Origin: a virus | Taxonomy: Duplodnaviria; Caudoviricetes | Virus record (IMG/VR): IMGVR_UViG_3300030060_003581 | Span: 1 to 59,746 of that record | Direction: 5' to 3' (one strand) | DNA length: 59,746 nt | Part shown: in pieces, positions 46,531 through 57,055 of the stretch | Position numbering within the stretch: position 1 is the first letter of the stretch | How the letters are laid out: every line of letters starts with the position of its first letter | Notes under the pieces: model-generated | What the model was told of the DNA's origin: nothing | What the model saw: only the letters and a program-made list of their open reading frames with translations | Databases searched by the model: none | Made by a program: the position numbers and the translations under genes

Positions 46531-46827
46531 ATGGCAGAGAATACAGAGAGAAAGCCGAAGAAGATGACAACACAACAACTAACCTACGCAGTTAATTCGC
46601 TTGAGCAAGCGTTTAACAATATAGCGGCTGCTATTGGCAACGATATGCAGCAAGTAATGTCTATATTGGGTGGGCTATTGCGACATTTCGACCTAATTTG
46701 GGACATTAAATGCCCTTCATGTGGCGTTGACCTGTCTCATCCAAAACTAGAAGGTGTTCCCGAACCGGACACCTGCCCTGCATGTAATAGTAGTTTGAAG
46801 TTAGAAGATGCGCTAGAAGAAGAATGA
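46531..46827 (+). CDS. Zn-ribbon protein
   Basis: CPSC...CPAC. Confidence 0.65.
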   Translation: MAENTERKPKKMTTQQLTYAVNSLEQAFNNIAAAIGNDMQQVMSILGGLLRHFDLIWDIKCPSCGVDLSHPKLEGVPEPDTCPACNSSLKLEDALEEE

Positions 46828-46857
46828 TTATTAAACAAACGGTAGGTGGGGTAAAAC

Positions 46858-47172
46858 ATGGCACGAATACTTATTACATGCTTTTGCGAGGATTCTGAGG
46901 TAATTTCAGAAGCACTGAGCAAATATGGCAGAAGAGATGTATACTTGGCAATTGACAACACACCAGCGAATCGCTATAAGGCAGAAGCGTTGGGAATTGA
47001 CAGTGGCCTAAACCTTGTTGGGCTCGATGCAGACCATGACTTATATGATGAAGTATTGGAATGTAAAAAGGTCTCTAAGACTACCCCTAAACCTAAAAAA
47101 GAGAAAAGGCCAAAGAAGCCTGCTCCTCTTGACAAGGAAATAGAGGCGGTAGTTGATGAAGAAACCGAGTAA
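46858..47172 (+). CDS. Hypothetical protein
   Basis: ORF with AGGTGG RBS. Confidence 0.6.
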   Translation: MARILITCFCEDSEVISEALSKYGRRDVYLAIDNTPANRYKAEALGIDSGLNLVGLDADHDLYDEVLECKKVSKTTPKPKKEKRPKKPAPLDKEIEAVVDEETE

Positions 47173-48118
47173 ATACTCAAAGGAATGGTATGCACAGGAG
47201 GGGGCTAATCACGGCCACCCTAACCCGATAAAGGCAGCAAATGGCAAATGGCCTGTTCGTTTATCTAAGTCGGCATTTATGACTTACTTATCCTGTCCTC
47301 GCAAGTATTGGTGGAACAATGTTGCGGAGATAAGAGCGCCTAGGAATCACTTTATGGTTCACGGAACTGCGGTTCATACTGCGCTAGAAAATCTGTATGG
47401 TAATTGGAAAGACGAAGATGGCGAGTGGTTTGAAGACTTGGCTTTGTGGGATTGGGAAGACAATACTAAAATACACAGGCCGTATTTAGAATGGAACCAA
47501 GACCAACAAAATATTTACTTTGATTCTGTCGAGGCACTGATGCAGTTAGAGGCTGAGCGTCTAAATCGTTGGGGCAAAGAGCATTTTGCCCCTGTTGAGT
47601 TTGAAGTCAAACATACTGTCCGTCATCCCGACTCTAACTTCTTGTTAGTAGGTATGATTGATGGCGTCCACAGACACCCCGACGGCGGCCTTGTTATCAC
47701 TGAATTGAAGACAGGTAAGGCTACCAAAGGTAAGTTGACTAAAACACGCAAGGAACTGTGTTTCTATCGCCATATGCTATCGTTATTGGGTCAAGACGAA
47801 GCACTATACTTTTACTACTTGTTCCCCGAATGCAGTAATACTGATTTATACTTAGAATTAGAAGGCAAAAAGGATACTGAGGTTTGGCTTGGTGATAAGC
47901 AAGGTATGGCGGTGCTTGAGAAGGTATCTAAGCGTTCAGTTAGTGCCATGCACAAGTCCTTAGACAAGGCTATTGACGGTATTAACGACAGTCTTTGGAA
48001 TATGAAGTGGAATGATTGGTTTTGTAATGAATGGTGTGAGTTCAATATGTCTTGTGAAGGAGAACTCATAGGTCTTGATTCTGACCCAACACATTCATAT
48101 ACTGAAGTGTGGAAGTGA
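47153..48118 (+). CDS. Cas4-like PD-(D/E)XK exonuclease with Fe-S cysteines
   Basis: SCPRKYW, GTAVH, GMIDG, ELKTG, C..WC...SC. Confidence 0.85.
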   Translation: MMKKPSKYSKEWYAQEGANHGHPNPIKAANGKWPVRLSKSAFMTYLSCPRKYWWNNVAEIRAPRNHFMVHGTAVHTALENLYGNWKDEDGEWFEDLALWDWEDNTKIHRPYLEWNQDQQNIYFDSVEALMQLEAERLNRWGKEHFAPVEFEVKHTVRHPDSNFLLVGMIDGVHRHPDGGLVITELKTGKATKGKLTKTRKELCFYRHMLSLLGQDEALYFYYLFPECSNTDLYLELEGKKDTEVWLGDKQGMAVLEKVSKRSVSAMHKSLDKAIDGINDSLWNMKWNDWFCNEWCEFNMSCEGELIGLDSDPTHSYTEVWK

Positions 48119-48318
48119 CAAATATGACAACATATTGTAAGCATTGTGAGGCTAAGATGATAGAAGAAGTAGCGTTCTTGGTAACAGGACAGGTAAATGG
48201 GCCGAGACAGTCTATTACCTTGCTGGTGTGCGAAGAATGCGGATATACTGTAAAGGAGGCAAGCGAAGATGATAACATTTCCGAGGGAAATAGGACTGAA
48301 AAGGGCAGTGGTGAGTAG
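48109..48318 (+). CDS. Zn-ribbon protein
   Basis: CKHC...CEECGY. Confidence 0.55.
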   Translation: MEVTNMTTYCKHCEAKMIEEVAFLVTGQVNGPRQSITLLVCEECGYTVKEASEDDNISEGNRTEKGSGE

Positions 48319-49288
48319 TCATAGAGACTATATATCCTATGTTAAAAAAATGAGGACTAAAACTTCTTGTTACACAAGCCTGTATTCTTTTTCTGAGATG
48401 GATAATAACTATAAACCGGACTACCGATATGCAGTGATAGACCGAGCATGGTGGGATTTTGATGCGGGAGAAAAAGGAGGAATTGAACAGGTCAAGCAAG
48501 ATGTCGCTAAACTCATCTCTAGGTTGGAGGGCGACATTCGGCTTGTGGCAACAGGTCGAGGCTTCCATGTCCACCAGATTTTCAATAGACCGGTCATTGG
48601 GGCGCAATATAGGCTACCGCTGGAACACTACCAAAGACGAAAAGCAAGAGGACTAGTTACGCTTGACGGCGTAGGCTTTCCCGAAAAACTTACTCGCATT
48701 CCTAACACATACAATCCCAAGCGTGGGCGTTGGTGTGTAGTTATTCCTACACATGAGTTTATTAACAACCCTATGGACTACGATATTCCAAAGCAGCCGT
48801 ATGCTTTTGATAGAAAATATCATCCGTTTGGCGAAATTGATTTTAATATTGAAAGATTTGATTTCGAGTCATGGTGTAGCAACTATCAACCGATTGATGA
48901 TGACTACTGCACCGATAGTATAGAGTTAGATGAGTCAATGCTAACTGCTGGCACAGTTCCTATTATGCCTTGCTTGGCTAAAGCAATACACCAAGACAAG
49001 CCTAATCATCATGTTAGGGTTGCGTTAGTTCAGCATATGGCTGATACGCTAAGAGACTTTGCAGACCCCGAGGCAATCAGCATAGAGCAAAGGAGACAGA
49101 TTGAGGATGAGATATTCAACTTTGTCAAGGGTCTTAATTGGTCTAATTGGAATGCCACTGCTTCACGCAAAGGGATTAAAAGCACTATGAAGTATAGACG
49201 AGTGCCGTCGTGTTCATGGTTTGCTGCTAGAGGTATGTGTGGTGGAAAATGCTGGCGATATGACGGAACTGTGGACTTTTCTGAATGA
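48269..49288 (+). CDS. Archaeo-eukaryotic primase, PriS catalytic domain fused to PriL C-terminal Fe-S domain
   Basis: WDFD, TGRGFH, TRIPNT; C-terminal PCL..NHHVR..PSC..MCGGKC. Confidence 0.85.
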   Translation: MITFPREIGLKRAVVSSHRDYISYVKKMRTKTSCYTSLYSFSEMDNNYKPDYRYAVIDRAWWDFDAGEKGGIEQVKQDVAKLISRLEGDIRLVATGRGFHVHQIFNRPVIGAQYRLPLEHYQRRKARGLVTLDGVGFPEKLTRIPNTYNPKRGRWCVVIPTHEFINNPMDYDIPKQPYAFDRKYHPFGEIDFNIERFDFESWCSNYQPIDDDYCTDSIELDESMLTAGTVPIMPCLAKAIHQDKPNHHVRVALVQHMADTLRDFADPEAISIEQRRQIEDEIFNFVKGLNWSNWNATASRKGIKSTMKYRRVPSCSWFAARGMCGGKCWRYDGTVDFSE

Positions 49289-49321
49289 TGTTAAAAAACA
49301 ACACGGTGCTACGCTTACATA

Positions 49322-50050
49322 ATGCTAGTAGTTGATGACCGAGAGAACGACCTTTTGATTCACAAACTCTATGCTTCTATGGGCAATCACGATGATGGCG
49401 GCCATGTTAAAGTAAAGCGGCTACAATCCGCAGATTACATCATAGGTAACATAGGAATAGAGGCCAAAGAGATAAATGACTTGTATCACTCTATTATGGG
49501 TCACGGTCGCTCTCGGACTATTGTAGGGCAACTGATGGACTTACAGGAAAACTTTGAGCGACCTATGCTTGTAGTTTATGGAACTCAATTAAAACCTTAC
49601 ATTCCCGGGGGCAGACCTAACCGACAACAAATGGCGAGAGAGATAAAGAAGATGAACGCAGTAATCAAAAAGTTCAAGCAGAATCTAATTATACAATTCC
49701 CAAATATACAATACATGGAACTGTCAAGCATGGATGACATGGTTGATTGGCTTTCGTCTGTGCATCACAATTTAAGAATCCGAAGGATGCCTGTCGCAGA
49801 ACCGAGAGAGAAGACAAAAAGTTCCAATAGGAAAATTGATTTGCGAGTTAGAGTCTTGTCATCCATAGAAGGAATATCCGAGAGAGCCGCACATGACTTG
49901 TTAACCGAGTTTGGCTCAATTCCACGCTTGTTGCGCTCTCGCACAAGCCAGCGAAAACTCATGGAGATAGACGGCATAGGGCGCAAAAGAGCCAAGGCTA
50001 TTCTATCCCTGCGTGAACGCTATCCCGACCAGCCCGAACCAAAAGACTAA
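49322..50050 (+). CDS. ERCC4/XPF-family nuclease with C-terminal HhH repeats
   Basis: VDDRE, ADY, IEAKE, IEGISE and IDGIGRKRA. Confidence 0.85.
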   Translation: MLVVDDRENDLLIHKLYASMGNHDDGGHVKVKRLQSADYIIGNIGIEAKEINDLYHSIMGHGRSRTIVGQLMDLQENFERPMLVVYGTQLKPYIPGGRPNRQQMAREIKKMNAVIKKFKQNLIIQFPNIQYMELSSMDDMVDWLSSVHHNLRIRRMPVAEPREKTKSSNRKIDLRVRVLSSIEGISERAAHDLLTEFGSIPRLLRSRTSQRKLMEIDGIGRKRAKAILSLRERYPDQPEPKD

Positions 50051-53000
50051 CGCCCATAGGTCATACTGCCCGATTGACTTGAACCCGATACGGATTGGGT
50101 GTCAAATGCTATTTCTATCGTGTGTAATGTAAGCGCAGTGTATTGAGCAGTGTCGGGTGAAACACCTGCGGCACGACCAAAAGACACTTGTATGGTGTTG
50201 CCGGTGTTGTTAGCGCCGATAATAGGCTCAGCAAACAATATGGCTTGCACATTAGTTCCTTCTGCCAAAGTAACTGTTTTCGTTATTGAATGACCGGTTT
50301 CACGGCAACTTACTGTTACATCTAACGATGCCACTTGTCCCGACGGGCAAGGCAAAGAGTATAGACTTGACACAGTTACCTTTCTCCCTCTTGGGTTAGA
50401 AGGAACTCTAATGCTTGTAGTGGACTCGTTGTATGCGTTTGTTGCGTCAGTAGCGCCAGCAAACGACACACCTGTTGTTGAGAACATACAGTCACCGGAC
50501 GAAGTAGTAGTAAAGGTATCAGTTCCCGATTCGGGGTCATCGTTTGTTGGTGCATCTGACGGCTTCTTTTGACCTAAAACATTGAACCCTCCGCCTGTAA
50601 CGCTATCATTGTTAAAGTCCATCGAACCCTTTATTCTTTTAGTAAAGTTACTATTGAGGATATTGCTACCTAAAGCAAAGGCAGAACTGTCGTTAAGAGC
50701 AGTTCCTCCAACCTTAAATGCCCCGCTTGTTACGGGGTCGTATCTGCTACCTGCGGTTGTGCCGCTATTTATGGAGGCCACACCGGCTACTCGACCAAAG
50801 CCACCGTTAGAAGGATTACCACCATATTTGTCATTGTTATATCCCTGTGCCCCCTGTTCACCGGGTTTGAAGTTACCGCCTCCGGGGAATGTCTTGCCAC
50901 CGCTACCAGCGTTAGGCGGTAGGAACAGTGCGGCAAAGTGTTGAATATTTCTATTTACATCACGCTCAAGAGTAAATGATACTTGCTCATTTTGTCTTGC
51001 ACTTTGAGACCATTTGATAGATTTTATGAACATAGGTTCTCGAGTCAAACCCATTGAAAGGTCACTGTAACTTACCTGCGTAGCAGGCACGAAGTTTATG
51101 TCATCACAAATATGCAAACGAGGCGCATACCATTCTGCTCTTGTGTTAAAATAAGATGGCTGAGCGCCTTCCGAGTATGGGAATGCCGTTTGGTTTTTGG
51201 GAGTAAAGTCACCAACACCTAACGGGAATAAACTCTCGGACTGAACAACGCTGTAACCGGAATCACCTACATAGTTGCACCTATTCCTTAAATTATTAGT
51301 GCCACATCTATTCTTTGCTACTGCTAACAAATAGTCGTAATTTACAGACAGAATAATTCTTTCACTACCGTCCCTAAGCGACCAATAAGAACTAGGTATG
51401 TCTATCTCATAGAATCCGTTAGCATCCACCGTTACTTTAGTTGAACTTACCGCACTATGAGGAACTCGTCCTTCGGCGTTAGGGTTGCCTTTCCATAGAT
51501 AATCTATTAGTTTAATAGTAAAAACAGGGTTAATTGCATTAGCAGGGTATTCCTCAATACTATCACCATCTCCTACTTCTATTACCATTCTTAAATTGCC
51601 ATCAAAAACATAACCTGTGCCGCTTGCGTTGTCTGCGCCGGATTGAGGATTGTCAGTTATTTTAGGCATATTTCGTGGTATGTGGACTACTTGCACTGCA
51701 TATGATAGTGACCGAGAGCCATACCAATAATAACCCTCATCATAATCGTCAGACCCGCCCCCTAAATATGCGGCGGTCTTTGTTGATTGTCCCGAGCCTT
51801 TTACATCTAAAGCAGACACCATTCCGGGGAATGGGTTGCCCCCAAACAAAGAAGCCCAAGCCCACCCTTTGTCGGTAACATCTGACCCAACCCCACTGTT
51901 AGAATATGGTATAGTTTGTGACCCGTCAGCGACATATCCAAATCTTGCACCTTCGAGCATAAGAGTCTTGTCGCCATACAGATTGTTGGCGCTTTGATTG
52001 TCACTAAATCTTGTTATTTGAGCCTCGACTTGCAGTGGCGCTTGTTTGGTCTTTTCGTATTCTGCCTTAGCGATTGCTAAAGCCTCGGCTTTAGTTCCTA
52101 CTTCGGGCATACTAAGTATATTCCATTTAGGAGTTGAGTTTAATGAAGGGGTAGGGTAGTCAATAAATAGACCAGCCCCGCCATAAAATACTCTAACATT
52201 GGTAAATTGTTTTACTGCTTGTGTCTTAATAGAAGATACTCTTAGATTACCTTCATCAAACATAGTGTTTATATCATATGTGGGTCTAAACGATGGACGA
52301 CCATCCCTGCCCATAATCCAACAGAACATTTGACGCTGACCGTATTTATCACTTGTTCCAGCCAAACCTTGTGTGCTTGAGTATATTGCCCCAAGTGTGC
52401 TATTCCTACAATCATTTACACCACCAAAGTCGTCAACAGTCTGCGCTTCTCTCCACCTACCAAAAATACCACTACTACCCGTAGGAGTGATTGCGTTTAG
52501 TGCAGTAAATGTGCTACTTGTTTTAGCAGTAACAGTAAAGTCCTTAGTTTTGCCCATAAGACCTAACTCATCACAATCTATCACTGTTACTATGTCGCCT
52601 ACCACTAAGTTATGTGGCTTATTAGAACTAAATACTGAACTGCCTCCGCTTGGAGTAGTTATGCCTGTAATAAGACCACTGTATGTCAACGCATCTTTTT
52701 GCGTAGTAGTCATGTTTTTGCTAACAGGTATTGTTGCTATATTTGGAATACCGTAGGCTTTTGCTTGCTTTAACCAAGTCTCGGCTAGTATGTCGGAATA
52801 AGCGCATCTAAACTTATCACTATCATACCAAGTGCCGCTTGCTTTATTTTCAATAAACCCGTTCAAAGACATAATTAATCTCATAGGGAATATATTAGCA
52901 AGACCGCCATAAACTATGGCATCAGAATAACTATTCTCAGCATCCGGGTCTATTTCAATATTAATATGTGATTTATTGTCGTATGCAGGTATAGTTCCCC

Positions 53001-56000
53001 TGCCGCCAAAGTATGTCAAGAACCAAGCGTCGTATCTATTTGGTGTGCTTGATGTAATAGAAGTGCTTGGTGGAGTTGCCCCATAACCTGTTCCATCCCA
53101 CTGCCCATCAGTAGTAGTTGCAGGCACAGGAACACCTAAATTAACTGCGTTTCTAAGGTATAGCGTTCCCGGTGCTTTTACAGTGCAAGTTCCCGAACCA
53201 ATTGTAGTGGCTGGGTTATCTAAAACAATATCCAAAGTAGTAGTTTGAGCATAAGGAGTGGCGAGGCTCGCAGGGTTTTGACTTGCTATCCTATACACAC
53301 CGTCAATCGAAGGGGTAGTAGTTGAGCCACTAATTTCTATCATGTGGCCTGTCCTATATAGCATTCCTATACTTGCCGCCCCTCCCGAACTCTCACTTAA
53401 AGTAACTCGACCAGCACCATTAGCAACGGCTGAAACTCCTGTTCGGCCTGTGGTTTGCAGGGTTGCTTGTTGGGTGGGTGACGCATACGCCGCATAGTGA
53501 AATACAGTTTTTTGTGACTCGGATATTATTTGACCTACATGAAGGTCAGTAGTTTGCAGAACTGCCGGATTATCAAACTGTATAACCCTATCATCAACTT
53601 TTAAGTCCGTAACCAAAACAGTTGTGTCATTAATAAAATACCAAAAGTTAGCGTTCCAACTTGCCTCATCGTCTAAGTTTCTATATGTTGCTGGGGCTTT
53701 AGTCCAATAATTATCAATCATAACAGGGAATCCTTCGGTTTCAACTAAATAGTCTCCTATTTCCCTTCGCCCTCCCGAGGATTGGAATGTCCTACCGCCA
53801 TTAGTCGCAGTGTTCAGATTAAAGAACTTAGATGTGTCAACAATAACAAACGACCCTGCTTTATCCTCCCAATTATGATACTTGTTATTGGATTCACTGT
53901 TAGACCCACCCGAAACCGCAGACCAAGCAACTCCTGTGATTGGGTCAACTTCTGCATCAATCTCCCAAAGGTCAACTTCTTCTCCTATATTCAAATCCGT
54001 AAAGGTGCTTCTTTCGTTAACCGTTGAAATTGCATCATCAGCAATTCCTAAAGACATTTGATAGTTGCCGGAGTATGGTGTCATTAGACCAAACTTATTC
54101 TTTCTAAGCCCAGCATCAGCATCAGCATTACCATCGTTACGCATATCAGCCCAAAGAATCCATATATGCTTGTAGTCCTCGGTGTCTAAATCTCTAAGCC
54201 TAAACTTACTACCGCTTGCGTGGTTGCGTTGGAAAAAGTTAGTTTCGGGTATTGTTAAAACAGTGTTGCCTGCTTTCAAAGTAACATTACTGTAATGGTC
54301 TTGTATAGCATAGTCGGTAGGGACATTAGCATAACTCGAGTTATTGTATAATTCGTGGTAAGTAGCGAAAGGCGTTTCAATTAATGTGGGCTGACTTGTC
54401 TGTGTGACCGCAGTTGACCCCCAAAGAGTAGGCGTGTCCCACCATGCTCTATAACTAGCCATCCCAAAGGCTCCGGTAGCCCCCTTATACTTGATTAGGG
54501 TATACACCCAATAATCAACTCCATTTATATTTTCCTCTTGTGCGGTTTTGGTTCGAGTAGCGCCTATATAGCCGTTGTTTATCAACGCCCATCTGCCATT
54601 TGTAAAGTAACTTGGCAAACCGCCGCCGCTAAGACCAACAAGATTCTCTCCATTCAAAGAAGTTACTAATAAATCTGTATAGTTAGCAGAAGCAGATTTA
54701 GGAACATAGAACTGCATCAAATAAAACATACTTCCCCTACTGAGACCATGAGAAGGGTTAAAGTTAGCAACCGTTCCGTAGTTTGAAGCATTTTTGCCCC
54801 CTCCCGCCAACATTCGACACTGATGAACTCTTAACAAACAAGTGCTACCTATGCTAGTTGATGTGCTTATTCCATCATACACTCCCGCATCAACAAATCC
54901 GTCATCATCAACAAACTCAATGACTCCCTCCCCTTGGGTATCAAAGTCGGGAAAGTAACTATTTAGGCTCATAGTAGTGTCGCCTATGTCAAAATCTGAG
55001 TTTATTTCACACTTATTAGTTTTGTAGCGACTATTAAGTTCCGTAACGCTTAGTGGCGATGATTTTATTTTTGAGAATAAGAACTTAAACCACAGGGACT
55101 TTGAAATATCCTTTATCCATCTGCTATGAATAGCCCTGTGTGCCGCATCTGCGGTAGCGTGACCTGCGGTTATAGCATCATCCCAATCATCATAGGCGTC
55201 ATTTGGCCCCACATCGTCTTCTCCTAAATACATTTGAATAGGATGAGCAGACCTGTTACGCATTCTGCTATCTAAGTGATTTTTGAATACACCCGAGCCA
55301 TCTTCAACTTCGTTAAAGCCTAATCCTTGATTAGCACTCGTTAGAATACTTGCTCCGAAGTTATACATATTTAGTTCGTTTTGTGCCTCGCTTCTGTCAT
55401 ACGCTACTCGCTCAGTAGCGTCTCCCTCTCCATTTTGCCCAAACTCCCAAACAGGCATTTGATTATCTATTTCACTGAAAAAGTCAGATGCACTTAACTT
55501 AATAGTGGGTGTTCTCGATGAAGATTGATTGACATAAGACATAGAATCAATCATCCCTCGCCATATTGGTCTATCAATACTGTTTCTAAACATTAACAAA
55601 CTCCAATCAGCATATGCACTGCCATTAAATAATGACATTATTTTTACATAAGCATTTAACTCGCTATCGTCATCTATTATGGTAAGGTCAACTTTTGAGG
55701 GAGTATTTACTGACGCAGAATATGAAAAGTCTAATGTAGGTGGCATATCGGTAACTGACGGGGAGGGATGGTCGTTTAGAGGCTTAATTAGACCTACTCT
55801 ATCAATTAATACTGATGCCTTGGCTCCGTGCGCCTTTACAGATATAGCCCAACCATACATGTCAGCCGCAGTGAATTGAGTTCCGTCTGCTTTGTTACCT
55901 ATGGCGTTGCTTGTTGATACTGTCGCCCCATTTTTTATTATATCATACACTCCCGCAGTGTAGTTGAAAATAAAATCATAATCATCCCACATATCGTATG

Positions 56001-57045
56001 CTGATTGGTCACTCCAACTTATAGCGGTAGTTGCCGCAGTAGGGTATGCAGATGGAGTTATTTCGTATTCTGCGGCAAAATTAGCATAAGTCGAGTCTGT
56101 GGTATCTGTGCTACTCCAAGCCGTTCCCTCGCCACCAATTGATAACTTTACTCTCCCGTTAGTATTGTCAATTGCTAACGGACATATTCTTATTGTAAAA
56201 ACATCTAAATCGCTTTTGCTATTTAGTGCGCCATCATAAACAAGAGTTGGTCTGTAAGTAGTGCCGCTATCAAATACTTCTTGTATTAAGAAGGGCTTGC
56301 CGGAGGGTGACTTTATTTCCTTCATCCAAGCATAAGGGACATTATCTAAGTCGGTAGTATCAGTTATCTCTCCTGTATAAAATCCAGCCAAATTAGTCCT
56401 TATTGTGTATGCGGGAGTTGATAAAATATTACTGCTTGCATCAAGAGGTAGCCCAGCCTTATTGTATATTGATGCCGAAGTGGGTTGAAGCCTACTGTTG
56501 ACACCTATCTTAGCCCTACCAAAAGAGCCGTCATTTATGCCTATTCCGGCATAATATTTACCCCCTGTGTTGTAACCGTTACAAAACAACATATATCCTT
56601 CTTTTGGCGCATAGTCGCTATCCGTAGTAGTAGTTTTATACGCTTGACCTAACAAACCCAATCCTGTATCGTAGCGTTGCCTGTTAGCGTTCATTAGTGA
56701 GTCGGGGTAGGATAATTGAGCCAACCCATTCCACTTACCGACATAATCTCTGTTTTCGTCAAGGGATGCCCATTCGCTAATACCTTTGTTGAATATGTGT
56801 TGTATGTCAGAAGATACTGAGGAATTGTTAAATCTGCCCGATGCACCGTTACCACGCTCAACCCATGCGTATTTGTAACGGGGATTGAGTGGCGCTAAAC
56901 CTGTAAAGGGGTTGCCATGATGAGTGCTTGATGAGAGCCAAAATCCTCCCGGTGTATTTTTGTCGTCTGCGAGCGTAGTAGCGCCCATGAAGTCGTCATA
57001 ATATCCGGCTAACCAAAAGGTATATTTTCTATCAACTTGTCTCAT
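50047..57045 (-). CDS. Giant tail tip/baseplate-adhesin protein (2332 aa)
   Basis: Directly downstream of the tape measure gene; beta-rich; hub-like segments (IWRGMID, FTNVRVFYG). Confidence 0.7.
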   Translation of the reverse strand: MRQVDRKYTFWLAGYYDDFMGATTLADDKNTPGGFWLSSSTHHGNPFTGLAPLNPRYKYAWVERGNGASGRFNNSSVSSDIQHIFNKGISEWASLDENRDYVGKWNGLAQLSYPDSLMNANRQRYDTGLGLLGQAYKTTTTDSDYAPKEGYMLFCNGYNTGGKYYAGIGINDGSFGRAKIGVNSRLQPTSASIYNKAGLPLDASSNILSTPAYTIRTNLAGFYTGEITDTTDLDNVPYAWMKEIKSPSGKPFLIQEVFDSGTTYRPTLVYDGALNSKSDLDVFTIRICPLAIDNTNGRVKLSIGGEGTAWSSTDTTDSTYANFAAEYEITPSAYPTAATTAISWSDQSAYDMWDDYDFIFNYTAGVYDIIKNGATVSTSNAIGNKADGTQFTAADMYGWAISVKAHGAKASVLIDRVGLIKPLNDHPSPSVTDMPPTLDFSYSASVNTPSKVDLTIIDDDSELNAYVKIMSLFNGSAYADWSLLMFRNSIDRPIWRGMIDSMSYVNQSSSRTPTIKLSASDFFSEIDNQMPVWEFGQNGEGDATERVAYDRSEAQNELNMYNFGASILTSANQGLGFNEVEDGSGVFKNHLDSRMRNRSAHPIQMYLGEDDVGPNDAYDDWDDAITAGHATADAAHRAIHSRWIKDISKSLWFKFLFSKIKSSPLSVTELNSRYKTNKCEINSDFDIGDTTMSLNSYFPDFDTQGEGVIEFVDDDGFVDAGVYDGISTSTSIGSTCLLRVHQCRMLAGGGKNASNYGTVANFNPSHGLSRGSMFYLMQFYVPKSASANYTDLLVTSLNGENLVGLSGGGLPSYFTNGRWALINNGYIGATRTKTAQEENINGVDYWVYTLIKYKGATGAFGMASYRAWWDTPTLWGSTAVTQTSQPTLIETPFATYHELYNNSSYANVPTDYAIQDHYSNVTLKAGNTVLTIPETNFFQRNHASGSKFRLRDLDTEDYKHIWILWADMRNDGNADADAGLRKNKFGLMTPYSGNYQMSLGIADDAISTVNERSTFTDLNIGEEVDLWEIDAEVDPITGVAWSAVSGGSNSESNNKYHNWEDKAGSFVIVDTSKFFNLNTATNGGRTFQSSGGRREIGDYLVETEGFPVMIDNYWTKAPATYRNLDDEASWNANFWYFINDTTVLVTDLKVDDRVIQFDNPAVLQTTDLHVGQIISESQKTVFHYAAYASPTQQATLQTTGRTGVSAVANGAGRVTLSESSGGAASIGMLYRTGHMIEISGSTTTPSIDGVYRIASQNPASLATPYAQTTTLDIVLDNPATTIGSGTCTVKAPGTLYLRNAVNLGVPVPATTTDGQWDGTGYGATPPSTSITSSTPNRYDAWFLTYFGGRGTIPAYDNKSHINIEIDPDAENSYSDAIVYGGLANIFPMRLIMSLNGFIENKASGTWYDSDKFRCAYSDILAETWLKQAKAYGIPNIATIPVSKNMTTTQKDALTYSGLITGITTPSGGSSVFSSNKPHNLVVGDIVTVIDCDELGLMGKTKDFTVTAKTSSTFTALNAITPTGSSGIFGRWREAQTVDDFGGVNDCRNSTLGAIYSSTQGLAGTSDKYGQRQMFCWIMGRDGRPSFRPTYDINTMFDEGNLRVSSIKTQAVKQFTNVRVFYGGAGLFIDYPTPSLNSTPKWNILSMPEVGTKAEALAIAKAEYEKTKQAPLQVEAQITRFSDNQSANNLYGDKTLMLEGARFGYVADGSQTIPYSNSGVGSDVTDKGWAWASLFGGNPFPGMVSALDVKGSGQSTKTAAYLGGGSDDYDEGYYWYGSRSLSYAVQVVHIPRNMPKITDNPQSGADNASGTGYVFDGNLRMVIEVGDGDSIEEYPANAINPVFTIKLIDYLWKGNPNAEGRVPHSAVSSTKVTVDANGFYEIDIPSSYWSLRDGSERIILSVNYDYLLAVAKNRCGTNNLRNRCNYVGDSGYSVVQSESLFPLGVGDFTPKNQTAFPYSEGAQPSYFNTRAEWYAPRLHICDDINFVPATQVSYSDLSMGLTREPMFIKSIKWSQSARQNEQVSFTLERDVNRNIQHFAALFLPPNAGSGGKTFPGGGNFKPGEQGAQGYNNDKYGGNPSNGGFGRVAGVASINSGTTAGSRYDPVTSGAFKVGGTALNDSSAFALGSNILNSNFTKRIKGSMDFNNDSVTGGGFNVLGQKKPSDAPTNDDPESGTDTFTTTSSGDCMFSTTGVSFAGATDATNAYNESTTSIRVPSNPRGRKVTVSSLYSLPCPSGQVASLDVTVSCRETGHSITKTVTLAEGTNVQAILFAEPIIGANNTGNTIQVSFGRAAGVSPDTAQYTALTLHTIEIAFDTQSVSGSSQSGSMTYGR

Positions 57046-57055
57046 CTATTCTCAC

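Noticed and set aside
33543-49995. Minus-strand ORFs in the replication region
   Set aside because: Antisense shadows of recognised plus-strand genes
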